Positions 27,395 through 37,932 of a stretch of 64,000 nucleotides of DNA are shown here, one piece after another. Origin of the DNA: Clostridium sp. (GTDB lineage: Bacteria > Bacillota > Clostridia > TANB77 > CAG-508). Each line of letters starts with the position of its first letter. Within the stretch, counting starts at the first letter, position 1. The notes under the pieces were generated by a model that made no database searches, was not told the DNA's origin, and worked only from the letters and a program-made list of their open reading frames with translations. The position numbers were made by a program, and so were the translations under genes. The DNA is taken from NCBI GenBank assembly GCA_018371855.1, contig JAHAKD010000007.1:27820-91819 (forward strand), written 5' to 3'.

Positions 27395-28459
27395 TTGAGA
27401 TTTTTAGATATGAATAGTAAAGAAGATAGACAAAAATACACTGAATTTTTGGAACATCATGAAAGATGTAATTTTCAACAATCTTTAGAATGGTCAAAAG
27501 TTAAAAATTTTTGGAAAAATGAAGTTATTTTAGCTGAAGATGAGAATAATAATATAATAGGTTCATTAAGTGTCTTACTTAGAAAAATACCAATCTTCGG
27601 ATACTTAATGTATTCATCAAGAGGACCAGTTTGTGATATTCACGATGAAAAAGTTTTAAAACAATTAACAGATGGTGCAAAAGAATTAGCTAAGAAATAT
27701 CATGCAATGGTATTAAAAATAGAGCCAGATATTAAAAGTGATGATAAAGAATTTAGAGATATAGTAACAAAGCTAGGTTATAAAATAAAAGATGACGCAA
27801 AAGATTTTAGAGACGAAATTCAACCTAGATATGTATTTAGATTAGATATAAAGGGAAAAACAGAAGACGAAATTTTTAAAGCGTTTCATTCAAAAACAAG
27901 ATATAATGTAAGACTAGCAGGAAGAAAAGGCGTTACTGTAAAAGAAGGAAATAAAGCAGACTTAAAGGATTTCCATAGAATAATGATAGAAACAGGTAAA
28001 AGAGATGGGTTTATGATAAGACCATTAGAATACTTCGAGCAAATGTATGATGCATTAGCACCAGAACATATGAAAGTATTAATGGCATATTATGAAGGTA
28101 AACCAATTTCTGGAGTTATACCTATAATGTATGGTAATAAAACTTGGTATTTATATGGGGCAAGCAGTAACGAACACAGAAACCTAATGCCAAATTATTT
28201 ATTACAATGGGAAATGATAAAACTTGCAATTTCTAGAGGTGACGATATATACGACCTAAGAGGAGTTTCAGGAGTTGTAGACGAGAATCATCCTCAATAT
28301 GGTTTATATAGATTTAAACAAGGTTTTGGTGCAGAATTCACAGAATTTATTGGAGAACTTCACATGGATTACTCACCAGTAAGATATAAATTATATAAAA
28401 TATCAGAAACAGTGTTTAAAAGAGTTAGAAGCCTTTTAATGAATAGACATAAAAAATAA
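27395..28459 (+). CDS. FemAB-family peptidoglycan cross-bridge aminoacyltransferase (FemX-like)
   Basis: …FLEHHERCNFQQSLEWSKVK…GYLMYSSRGPV… matches the FemABX N-terminal pattern. Start is TTG at 27395 or ATG at 27407. Confidence 0.75.
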   Translation: MRFLDMNSKEDRQKYTEFLEHHERCNFQQSLEWSKVKNFWKNEVILAEDENNNIIGSLSVLLRKIPIFGYLMYSSRGPVCDIHDEKVLKQLTDGAKELAKKYHAMVLKIEPDIKSDDKEFRDIVTKLGYKIKDDAKDFRDEIQPRYVFRLDIKGKTEDEIFKAFHSKTRYNVRLAGRKGVTVKEGNKADLKDFHRIMIETGKRDGFMIRPLEYFEQMYDALAPEHMKVLMAYYEGKPISGVIPIMYGNKTWYLYGASSNEHRNLMPNYLLQWEMIKLAISRGDDIYDLRGVSGVVDENHPQYGLYRFKQGFGAEFTEFIGELHMDYSPVRYKLYKISETVFKRVRSLLMNRHKK

Positions 28460-28500
28460 ACTTTAAGGACGGGACTTAAAATTTCATAAGAGGAGAAAAG

Positions 28501-29607
28501 ATGGGCATTTTAGTTATAGAAAAGCAAGATTTAAAGCATAATATAAAACAAATAAAAGAATATGCAAAAAAAGATAATGAAAAATTAAAAATAATAGCAA
28601 TTGTAAAATCCAACGGTTATGGGTTAGGTCTAGAAGAGTATGCCAATTTTTTAATAGATAACGGAATAGATTATTTAGCTGTTGCAAGCACAGATGAAGC
28701 TATAAAATTGCGTGAAGCTGGAATAAAAGAAGATATTTTAATGATGTCATCTACAGCAATAGAGCAAGAATTAGAGGATATGGTAACAAATAATATTACT
28801 ATAACAATTGGAAGCACAGAAGCAAAAGATGCATTAATTAAAATTATAAAAAGAATAAATAAAAATCCTAAAGTTCATATAAAAATAGATACTGGCTTTG
28901 GAAGATATGGATATTTATATACTGATACAGAAAAAATAATTAAAGATATAAAAGAGTTACAAAAATTTGTAACAATTGAAGGAATTTTTTCTCATTTTTC
29001 TACATCTTTTTACAAAGAAAGCTGGACGAGCTTACAATATAATAGGTTTACAGAAATTATAAAAATATTAGAAGAAAACAAGATTAATATTCCAATAAGA
29101 CATATATCAAATTCTTCTGCTTTTATAAGATTTCCACAGATGAATTTAAATGCTGTAAGAATAGGTTCAGCCTTTTTAGGAAGAGTTGCAGTTGCAAATA
29201 AATTGGGACTAAAAAAAATAGGATATCTAGAGAGTGAAATTTCAGAAATAAAAGCCTTACCAAAGGGTTGGAATATAGGGTATTCTAATACTTATAAAAC
29301 TAGAAAAGAAACTAAGGTTGCTATTGTACCAACAGGGTATGCAGAAGGGTATCATATGAAGCTTTCAAGTGATATGTTATCATTTGGAAACAAAGTAAGA
29401 GATGTAATACAAGCAATAAAGAGATTGTTTAAAGATACAAAATTATATGTAGAAATAAATAACAAAAGATATCCAATACTAGGAAGAATCGGAATGTATC
29501 ATGTTACTGTAAATATAACAGGAGAAGATTTTAAAATAGGGGAAAAAGTTAAAATGAATGCAAATCCTTTATATGTAGATTCTTCAGTTAGGAGGTTATA
29601 TAAATAA
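28501..29607 (+). CDS. alr: Alanine racemase (PLP-dependent, Alr family)
   Basis: IAIVKSNGYGLG matches the PLP-lysine motif of alanine racemase (AVVKANAYGHG type); 368 aa. Confidence 0.75.
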   Translation: MGILVIEKQDLKHNIKQIKEYAKKDNEKLKIIAIVKSNGYGLGLEEYANFLIDNGIDYLAVASTDEAIKLREAGIKEDILMMSSTAIEQELEDMVTNNITITIGSTEAKDALIKIIKRINKNPKVHIKIDTGFGRYGYLYTDTEKIIKDIKELQKFVTIEGIFSHFSTSFYKESWTSLQYNRFTEIIKILEENKINIPIRHISNSSAFIRFPQMNLNAVRIGSAFLGRVAVANKLGLKKIGYLESEISEIKALPKGWNIGYSNTYKTRKETKVAIVPTGYAEGYHMKLSSDMLSFGNKVRDVIQAIKRLFKDTKLYVEINNKRYPILGRIGMYHVTVNITGEDFKIGEKVKMNANPLYVDSSVRRLYK

Positions 29608-30653
29608 TGGAAAAAACTAAAAAACAAGGCTTTTTTAAGAGTGTAAAAAATAGTATATTTAATTTTGATTCATATCAAGATTTTGCATTAGAAGATATGA
29701 AAAAAGGAATTTTATATTTCTTAAAACTATCAATACTATTTTCAATAATTATTGCAATAGTATTTTCTATCTTACAAGTTGTTATCACAATTCCAAATGT
29801 AAAGAATTTTATAGCAAATGATATTCCAGATTTTTCATATTCAAATGGAACATTAGATGTTAAAAGTGATGAGGCTGTTACAATAGATAATATTGCTGAC
29901 CAAGTACTAGTTCTTGCAGATACCAAAGACTTAGACGAAACAAAAATAAATGAATATAAAGATAAAATAAATTTGTATGATATAGGAGTACTAATACTAA
30001 AAGATAAAGTATATTTAAAGAATAGTTATACAGGGACTGACTTACAAGAAATACCAATGAGTGATATTGGTAGTATATATGGAAAAAGCGAGTTTACAAA
30101 ACAGGATATTGTAAATGATATTAATAGCATCAATATGATTTCATTATGTATTAGTTTAGCATTTACAGTATTTTTAGGATTTTTTATAACATATTTAATT
30201 ATGAGTATATTGGATATAATTATTCTTGCATTGTTAAGTAATATTGTTGCAATTTTACTAAGAGTAAGAATGAAAGTTTCAGCATTAGTTAATATTTCTG
30301 TACATGCCATGACATTACCAATTATACTTTTATTAATATATGCTATAGTACTAATGACAACTGGATTTGAAATAAAATACTTTAATATTATGTATAGAGG
30401 AATTGCTTATATATATGTAATTACAGCTGTTTTCTTAATACGTCAAAATTTAATTAAACAACAGATGGAATTAACTACTATAGTACAAAAACAACAAGAA
30501 TTAAAACAACAAATAGAGGAAAAAGAAAAGGAAAAAAAGGAACAAGAACCAAAAGAAAAGGATGAACAAAAAGATAATAAAGAAGATGAATCAAATGATA
30601 AAAAAGAAGAGAAAGATAATAATGTAGGAAAAGAAGCTAATGGCGAAGTATAG
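29607..30653 (+). CDS. DUF1189-like polytopic membrane protein with a K/E-rich C-terminal tail
   Basis: MEKTKKQGFFKSVKNSIFNFDSYQDFALEDMKKGILYFLKLSILFSII… followed by several TM helices and an EKEKEKKEQEPKEKDEQKDNKEDE tail. Confidence 0.55.
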   Translation: MEKTKKQGFFKSVKNSIFNFDSYQDFALEDMKKGILYFLKLSILFSIIIAIVFSILQVVITIPNVKNFIANDIPDFSYSNGTLDVKSDEAVTIDNIADQVLVLADTKDLDETKINEYKDKINLYDIGVLILKDKVYLKNSYTGTDLQEIPMSDIGSIYGKSEFTKQDIVNDINSINMISLCISLAFTVFLGFFITYLIMSILDIIILALLSNIVAILLRVRMKVSALVNISVHAMTLPIILLLIYAIVLMTTGFEIKYFNIMYRGIAYIYVITAVFLIRQNLIKQQMELTTIVQKQQELKQQIEEKEKEKKEQEPKEKDEQKDNKEDESNDKKEEKDNNVGKEANGEV

Positions 30654-30670
30654 ATAAGGAGGATATCATT

Positions 30671-32485
30671 TTGATGGAAAATTCAAATAAGAACAAAGAT
30701 AAGAACAATGATTCAAAAAAGTTTTGGATTTCTTCTATAATATTATTAGTAATTATTATTGCTTTAGCTATAGTATCTTATTTGATTTATAGCAATAATG
30801 GTGAAGAAGAAAATGAATTGGTATTACCATATACAGAATTAATTCAAAATATAAATAATAATACAGTAGAAAAAATAGAATTAACAACTGGAAGTACTAC
30901 AGTAAAAGTAAAGTTAAAAGATGAGGAAAAAGAAAAAACTACAATAGTACCAAGTTTACAAGCTTTTACAGAATATATTCAAACAAAAGTAGAGCAAGGA
31001 AATGAAATGGAAGTAGTACAGAAAAAGCCAAATATATTACTTACAATAGGGGATACTATTTTTACTATTCTACCAACATTATTAATGATTGCTTTAATTA
31101 TAATGTTATTTAAAATGCAAGGTTTAGGCGATAAAGGTAAAGTATATGATAGCGAAGAAAAAGATACAAATGTAAGATTTGCAGATGTAGCTGGACTAGA
31201 TGAAGAAAAAGCAGAAATGGTTGAAATAGTTAATTTCTTAAAGAAGCCAGAAGAATTTTATAAAATGGGAGCTAAAGTTCCAAGAGGAGTTTTACTTTGT
31301 GGTAAACCGGGTACTGGTAAAACATTAATTGCAAAAGCTATTGCAGGAGAAGCAAATGTACCATTTATATCTATGAGTGGTTCAGAATTCATAGAAATGT
31401 TTGCAGGACTTGGTGCTTCGAGAGTTAGAAAATTATTTGAAAAAGCAAGAAGAATGGCACCATGTATTGTTTTTATTGATGAAATAGATGCAATTGGAGC
31501 TAGAAGAACAAATGCAAGTGGTGCAGAATCAGAAAATAACCAAACATTAAATCAATTACTTGTAGAAATGGATGGTTTTGATTCAGATGAAACAATTATT
31601 GTATTAGCAGCTACTAATAGACCAGAGATGTTAGATAAAGCATTATTAAGACCTGGTAGATTTGACAGACAAATAATAATAAATTCACCTGACCAAAAAG
31701 GTAGAGAAGAAATTCTTAAAATTCATAGTAAAGATAAAAAGATTGATGATAATATCAATTTTAAAGATATTGCAGAAGATACAGCTGGTTTTACTGGAGC
31801 AGAGCTTGCTAATATTTTAAATGAAGCAGCAATTATTGCGACAATAAATAAACATGATTTTATAACTAAAGAAGATATAGATGAGGCAATTAAGAAAGTT
31901 ACAGTAGGTCTTGAAAAACATAGTAGAGTTATATCAGAAAAAGATAAAAAATTAACAGCATATCATGAAGCTGGACATGCAGTAGTTAGTAGATATTTAG
32001 AAACACAAAATGATATAAAAGAAGTTTCTATTATACCAAGAGGTGTTGCTGGTGGATATACAATGTATAAGAGTAACGAAGATAAATACTATATTTCAAA
32101 AACTGAAATGGAAGAAAAATTAGTTGCACTATTAGGCGGTAGAGCTGCAGAAAAACTAGTTTTAGATGATATATCAACAGGAGCAAGTAATGATTTAGAA
32201 GTTGCTACAAATATCGCGAGAGATATGATTACTGTTTATGGAATGAGTGATACAATTGGACCAATATCTTTAAAAGACTCAGAAAATCAAAATCAAATGA
32301 TTTTATATGGTGAAAAGATGCAAGATGCAATTGGTGCAGAAATAAAAATATTAATAGATACAGCATATAGAAATGCTCAAAAACTATTAATAGAGCACAG
32401 GGATAAATTAGATGCAGTTGCAAATGTATTACTAGAAAAAGAAAAAATAACAGAAAAAGAATTTTATAAAATATTTAACGATTAA
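30671..32485 (+). CDS. ftsH: ATP-dependent zinc metalloprotease FtsH
   Basis: AAA+ Walker A GKPGTGKTLIAKAIAGEA, second region of homology, and HEAGHAVV zinc site. Confidence 0.95.
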   Translation: MMENSNKNKDKNNDSKKFWISSIILLVIIIALAIVSYLIYSNNGEEENELVLPYTELIQNINNNTVEKIELTTGSTTVKVKLKDEEKEKTTIVPSLQAFTEYIQTKVEQGNEMEVVQKKPNILLTIGDTIFTILPTLLMIALIIMLFKMQGLGDKGKVYDSEEKDTNVRFADVAGLDEEKAEMVEIVNFLKKPEEFYKMGAKVPRGVLLCGKPGTGKTLIAKAIAGEANVPFISMSGSEFIEMFAGLGASRVRKLFEKARRMAPCIVFIDEIDAIGARRTNASGAESENNQTLNQLLVEMDGFDSDETIIVLAATNRPEMLDKALLRPGRFDRQIIINSPDQKGREEILKIHSKDKKIDDNINFKDIAEDTAGFTGAELANILNEAAIIATINKHDFITKEDIDEAIKKVTVGLEKHSRVISEKDKKLTAYHEAGHAVVSRYLETQNDIKEVSIIPRGVAGGYTMYKSNEDKYYISKTEMEEKLVALLGGRAAEKLVLDDISTGASNDLEVATNIARDMITVYGMSDTIGPISLKDSENQNQMILYGEKMQDAIGAEIKILIDTAYRNAQKLLIEHRDKLDAVANVLLEKEKITEKEFYKIFND

Positions 32486-32490
32486 ATTAT

Positions 32491-32517
32491 AGGAATTTAG
32501 AGACGTTCCTTAAAATC
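32491..32517 (+). other. 3'UTR hairpin motif, copy 3 (partial), 6 nt after the ftsH stop
   Basis: AGGAATTTAGAGACGTTCCTTAAAATC shares GACGTTCCTTAAA(A)TC with the copy at 60626. Confidence 0.45.
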
Positions 32518-32532
32518 TATATTTATAAAAGT

Positions 32533-32566
32533 AAGAGCCTTAGGTTTTAAACTAAGGCTCTTTATT
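32533..32566. terminator. Bidirectional terminator shared by ftsH (+) and rluA-family (-)
   Basis: AAGAGCCTTAGgttttaaaCTAAGGCTCTTT. Confidence 0.65.
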
Positions 32567-33428
32567 ATATAAAATTAATATGATCTAATTTAAATTCCTT
32601 TCTATTTAGGTAATTCAAAATACCTGCATCCGAACTAAAATTAAACTTTATATAATAACTACATAATAATTGTGTTTTTTGATTAAATTGTTTATTTATT
32701 TGATTATTACCATATTTTCCATCACCTATTATAGGATAACCAATATATGCTAAATGTGCTCTTATTTGATGAGTTCTGCCTGTTTCCAAATTAATATCTA
32801 AAATAGAAGTATTTTCTTTTGGGTCAGAACTTAATACTTTATAGGATGTAATAATCTTCCTATATCCTGTCTTTGGTTTATCAGAAATATAAACCATTGA
32901 TTTTTTATTATCTTTAAATAAATAATTAACTAAAGTATTTTTCTTTTTTATAGGAATTCCAATAACTTTTGCAATATAATGTTTTTCTATTTCATGATTT
33001 TTAAACTTTTCCATTAAAATGTTATTAACCTCATCATTTTTAGAAAAAATAATTAAGCCCGATGTATTCCTATCTAACCTATGGCATGGCATAAATTTGG
33101 AACTATAATTTTCATTAACATATGTAGTTAAGGAATCGATACCTGTAACTTCTAGATCTTTAGGTTTATTAAAAATGATTATATTATCATCTTCGTATAT
33201 TACAGGAATATCATATTTTTTATAAAGTAAATCATCTACAATATATATCCTAACCATATCATTTTCATATACAATACAATCTTTAGATATACGTTTTTCA
33301 TTTATTAAAATATCTTTTTTCTTTAAAGCTTTAACAAATGTCCCATATTTTAATGCAGGAAATGTATCTAGTAATAATTTACTTAATTTTTTATTATCAT
33401 ATTTTTTATCTACAACTAAATCTCTCAT
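32565..33428 (-). CDS. RluA-family 23S rRNA pseudouridine synthase (RluD/RluC-like, S4 domain N-terminus)
   Basis: The catalytic motif HRLDRNTSGLIIF is present. The start was moved to the internal Met (MRDLVVDKK…) because the upstream 25 codons overlap a terminator hairpin. Confidence 0.8.
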   Translation of the reverse strand: MRDLVVDKKYDNKKLSKLLLDTFPALKYGTFVKALKKKDILINEKRISKDCIVYENDMVRIYIVDDLLYKKYDIPVIYEDDNIIIFNKPKDLEVTGIDSLTTYVNENYSSKFMPCHRLDRNTSGLIIFSKNDEVNNILMEKFKNHEIEKHYIAKVIGIPIKKKNTLVNYLFKDNKKSMVYISDKPKTGYRKIITSYKVLSSDPKENTSILDINLETGRTHQIRAHLAYIGYPIIGDGKYGNNQINKQFNQKTQLLCSYYIKFNFSSDAGILNYLNRKEFKLDHINFI

Positions 33429-33471
33429 AATAATATAATTATAAGCTCTTTTTAGTATAATTTCAATAGAA

Positions 33472-33510
33472 AAATGCTGGATTAGCAACGCTAATTCCAG
33501 CATTTTTCTA
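33472..33510 (-). terminator. Rho-independent terminator for the 33525-33893 gene
   Basis: ATGCTGGATTAGcaacgCTAATTCCAGCAT flanked by T-runs. Confidence 0.6.
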
Positions 33511-33524
33511 TTGTTCCGATGAAA

Positions 33525-33893
33525 TCATAACTGACGACAAATGTTTAAGTATTTATCTTCGTTTCGTTTTTTCTTACCAGTATGTCTTCTTTTTAATTCA
33601 GCAGATTGGTAGCATCTGCATCCTGGTGACTCTACCACTTGTAGATACCAGACTTTTTTAAAAAGCCTTGTCCGAACAATTATTCCTCCAAGAGAAAGGT
33701 TCATTTTTCTTGAGTAATTCGGAATGGCAATAATATAGCCATAAGGAGCCTCTTCATTAGGTCCTTCCTCGAAGTGGCACCATTTGTCTTCTTTTGTTAC
33801 AGGTCTTACTCTGAAATCATCCCGAGTATAAACCTTTTCTGGTTTTGATGCCCTAGACGAATTCAAGTGTGAATTTTTTGTTTTTCGTTTCAT
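33525..33893 (-). CDS. Hypothetical basic, Cys-containing protein (122 aa) with elevated GC (about 38%)
   Basis: MKRKTKNSHLNSSRASKPEKVYTRDDFRVRPVTKEDKWCHFEEGP…CRCYQSAELKRRHTGKKKRNEDKY…C. It has an RBS GGAGG and no recognisable family. Its composition is distinct from its neighbours. Confidence 0.5.
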   Translation of the reverse strand: MKRKTKNSHLNSSRASKPEKVYTRDDFRVRPVTKEDKWCHFEEGPNEEAPYGYIIAIPNYSRKMNLSLGGIIVRTRLFKKVWYLQVVESPGCRCYQSAELKRRHTGKKKRNEDKYLNICRQL

Positions 33894-34016
33894 AGCACAT
33901 ACCTCCTATAGATTGATAATTATTAACTTATCATATATAATGTATAAAGTAAATAGAAATTGCAAATAATCGATTGACCAAATTAGACAAAATAAAATGT
34001 TTAAGGAGAAAGATTA

Positions 34017-34549
34017 TGAAAGAAGAATTAAAAGATGTAAAAAGAATTGCTATAGTGGGAGGACCAGGAACAGGAAAAACAACACTTGCACAAAAATTAT
34101 CGGAAATATTAAAATTGCCTGCACTTCATCTGGATAGCGTGAATTTTAAACGAAATTGGGAAAAAATAGACGATAAAACAAGAGATAGCATAATTTTAGA
34201 AAAGGCAAAAGAGGAATATTGGATAATTGATGGAAATTATGTAGGAACATTGCCAAAAAGATTAGAAAGAGCAGATTTAGTAATATTGTTAGATTATTCT
34301 ACAGCAAGTATTATAAAAGGAGTACTAGAAAGGACAATACGTAATTTAAATAAAGAGAAAAAAGAACTTCCTGGGTGTAAAGAAAGAATTAGTTGGCATT
34401 TCTTAAAATACATGATTACATTTAGGAAAAAGAAAAGAAAGCAGATTAAAGAAAATATAAACAAAATACCTAAAGAAAAAGTTATAATATTTCGTAAAAG
34501 AAAAGAAGTAAATAAATGGCTAGCAAATATCCAAAATAAAGCTAATTAA
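34017..34549 (+). CDS. P-loop kinase-fold protein, DNA topology modulation protein FlaR-like
   Basis: IAIVGGPGTGKTTLAQKLSE Walker A. The protein is small and basic, and has an adenylate-kinase-like fold family. Confidence 0.6.
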
Positions 34550-34554
34550 GGGGT

Positions 34555-34675
34555 TGACAAAACTTGGAATGATATGGTAAAATAATTACCTGTAAGCCGC
34601 CTGGGTCGGGCAACTAAATGTTAGCTATGCTAACTGCCTTGTATTTATGCTTAGCGAGTATACAAAAATAGGGAG
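34555..34675 (+). ncRNA. Promoter (TTGACA–17–TAAAAT with TG extension) plus ribosomal protein L21 leader (structured autoregulatory 5'UTR of the rplU operon)
   Basis: GGGGTTGACAaaacttggaatgatatgGTAAAAT, then a roughly 85-nt GC-enriched structured leader (CCTGTAAGCCGCCTGGGTCGGGCAACTAAATGTTAGCTATGCTAACTGCCTTG…) immediately upstream of rplU, as in Firmicute L21 leaders. Confidence 0.55.
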
Positions 34676-34687
34676 GTGCATTTTATA

Positions 34688-35026
34688 ATGTACGCAATAA
34701 TCGAAAGTTGTGGAAAACAATACAAAGTAGCAGAAGGAGATGTAGTATTCTTCGAAAAATTAGACGTAGAAGAAGGAAAAAAAGTTACATTCGATAAAGT
34801 AATCTTAGTATCTAACGATGGAAAAATCGAAGTAGGAACTCCTAATGTTAAAGGTGTAAAAGTAGAAGGAAAAGTAGTTTCTCATGGTAAAGGAAAGAAA
34901 ATCCGTGTATACAAATACAAAGCTAAAAAGAACTACAGAAGAACACAAGGACATAGACAACCATACACAAAGGTTGAAATTACATCAATAAAAATAGCTG
35001 CTGCAAAAGCTAAAGCAGAAGCTTAA
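34688..35026 (+). CDS. rplU: 50S ribosomal protein L21
   Basis: [25 protein letters not shown]…; GGGAGG RBS. Confidence 0.92.
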   Translation: MYAIIESCGKQYKVAEGDVVFFEKLDVEEGKKVTFDKVILVSNDGKIEVGTPNVKGVKVEGKVVSHGKGKKIRVYKYKAKKNYRRTQGHRQPYTKVEITSIKIAAAKAKAEA

Positions 35027-35067
35027 GATATAAAGAGAGATATTATCCACGAAAGGAGTGAAATTTA

Positions 35068-35337
35068 ATGGCACATAAAAAGGGTCAAGGTAGTGTTAAG
35101 AACGGAAGAGACAGTGAGTCAAAACGTTTAGGTGTCAAAAGAGCAGATGGACAATTCGTTTTAGCTGGAAATATCCTTATTAGACAAAGAGGAACAAAAT
35201 ATCATCCAGGTAAAAATGTAGGAATTGGTAGTGATGATACATTATATGCATTAGTAAATGGAACTGTAAAATTTGAAAAATTCGGAAAAGATAAGAAACA
35301 AGTAAGTGTTTACGAAGAAACAGCAACTAATGCTTAA
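35068..35337 (+). CDS. rpmA: 50S ribosomal protein L27 (no N-terminal propeptide)
   Basis: [24 protein letters not shown]… begins directly at the mature-type N-terminus. Confidence 0.92.
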   Translation: MAHKKGQGSVKNGRDSESKRLGVKRADGQFVLAGNILIRQRGTKYHPGKNVGIGSDDTLYALVNGTVKFEKFGKDKKQVSVYEETATNA

Positions 35338-35349
35338 GGTTATTAAAAA

Positions 35350-35378
35350 GGCAGGTTAGGAACCTGTCTTTTTTGTAT
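35350..35378 (+). terminator. Rho-independent terminator
   Basis: AGGCAGGTTaggAACCTGTCTTTTTTG. Confidence 0.65.
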
Positions 35379-35509
35379 TTATAATCAATATTACGTGCAA
35401 TAAATGTAATTATAATAGTGAATTTTAAATTTCAGTTATAATTTAATTGTAAAAAACTAGAAAATATAGTATAATGTAGCAGAATTCACAATGATTGGAG
35501 ATGGGCAAT

Positions 35510-36526
35510 ATGCAAAATAAAAAGAGAAGTTTAACAGGAGATAGACCAACAGGAAAATTACATATAGGGCATTACTTTGGTTCTTTACAAAATAGAGTAA
35601 AAATGCAAGAAGATGATAGTATAGAAAGATTTGTTATGATTGCAGACGTACAAGCTTTAACAGATAATTTTAATAATCCACAAAAAGTAAGAGATAATGT
35701 TTATCAAGTTCTATTAGACTATCTGTCAGTAGGTATTGATCCAGAAAAAACAACAATCTTTTTACAATCAATGATACCAGAGCTTGCAGAATTAACAGTT
35801 TATTATTCAAATTTAGTAACAATTGCAAGATTGGAAAGAAATCCAACAGTAAAAACTGAAATTGCCCAAAAGAAAGATGTTTTTGGAGAAAGTGTAACAT
35901 ATGGATTTTTGGGATATCCTGTAAGTCAAGCAGCAGATATAACAGCATTTGAAGGAGAACTAGTTCCAGTTGGAGAAGACCAATTACCTTTAATAGAGCA
36001 ATGTAGAGAAATCGTAAGGAAATTTAATAGTATATATGGCGAGACATTAAAAGAACCAAAAGCAGTATTAAGTTCTAATAAAAGAATTAAGGGTCTAGAT
36101 GGCAACGAAAAAATGGGAAAATCACTAGGAAATGCAATATATCTTTCAGACTCAGAGGAAGAAATAACTAAAAAAGTTATGGGAGCAGTAACAGACCCAA
36201 GTAGAATAAAAAAGGATGATTTAGGAAATCCCGATGTATGTATGGTTGCATATTACCATGAATTATTTACTAATCCAGAAGATGTTAAAGTTGTATGCCA
36301 AGAATGCAGGGAAGGAAAAAGAGGTTGTGTTGCTTGTAAGAAACAATTAGCAACCAATATTATAGAAAAATTAAGACCAATAAGAGAAAAAAGAAAATAT
36401 TATGAAGAGAGACCAGAGTTACTAGATGAGATATTAGTAAATGGAACTAAAAAAGCACAAGAGATAGCAAGAGAAACAATGAGAAAAGTAAAAGCAAATA
36501 TGAAGCTTAATTATTTTGATAAATAA
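35510..36526 (+). CDS. trpS: Tryptophan--tRNA ligase
   Basis: LTGDRPTGKLHIGHYFG (HIGH) and KMGKSLGN (KMSKS) motifs. The ATG at 35510 is preceded by GGAGATGGG; the track start at 35495 is a TTG. Confidence 0.9.
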   Translation: MQNKKRSLTGDRPTGKLHIGHYFGSLQNRVKMQEDDSIERFVMIADVQALTDNFNNPQKVRDNVYQVLLDYLSVGIDPEKTTIFLQSMIPELAELTVYYSNLVTIARLERNPTVKTEIAQKKDVFGESVTYGFLGYPVSQAADITAFEGELVPVGEDQLPLIEQCREIVRKFNSIYGETLKEPKAVLSSNKRIKGLDGNEKMGKSLGNAIYLSDSEEEITKKVMGAVTDPSRIKKDDLGNPDVCMVAYYHELFTNPEDVKVVCQECREGKRGCVACKKQLATNIIEKLRPIREKRKYYEERPELLDEILVNGTKKAQEIARETMRKVKANMKLNYFDK

Positions 36527-37813
<1,287 letters not shown>

Positions 37814-37880
37814 ATAAAATAGTGCCTAAGTAGTACTAATATGTGAGAATATCAAGAAATGCTGTTAATAAACTAAAATA

Positions 37881-37912
37881 ATTAGGCACAGATTTTATCT
37901 GTGCCTAATTTG
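37881..37912 (+). terminator. Rho-independent terminator
   Basis: AATTAGGCACAGATtttaTCTGTGCCTAATTT. Confidence 0.7.
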
Positions 37913-37932
37913 GTATAAGAGGGGAATTAAAA

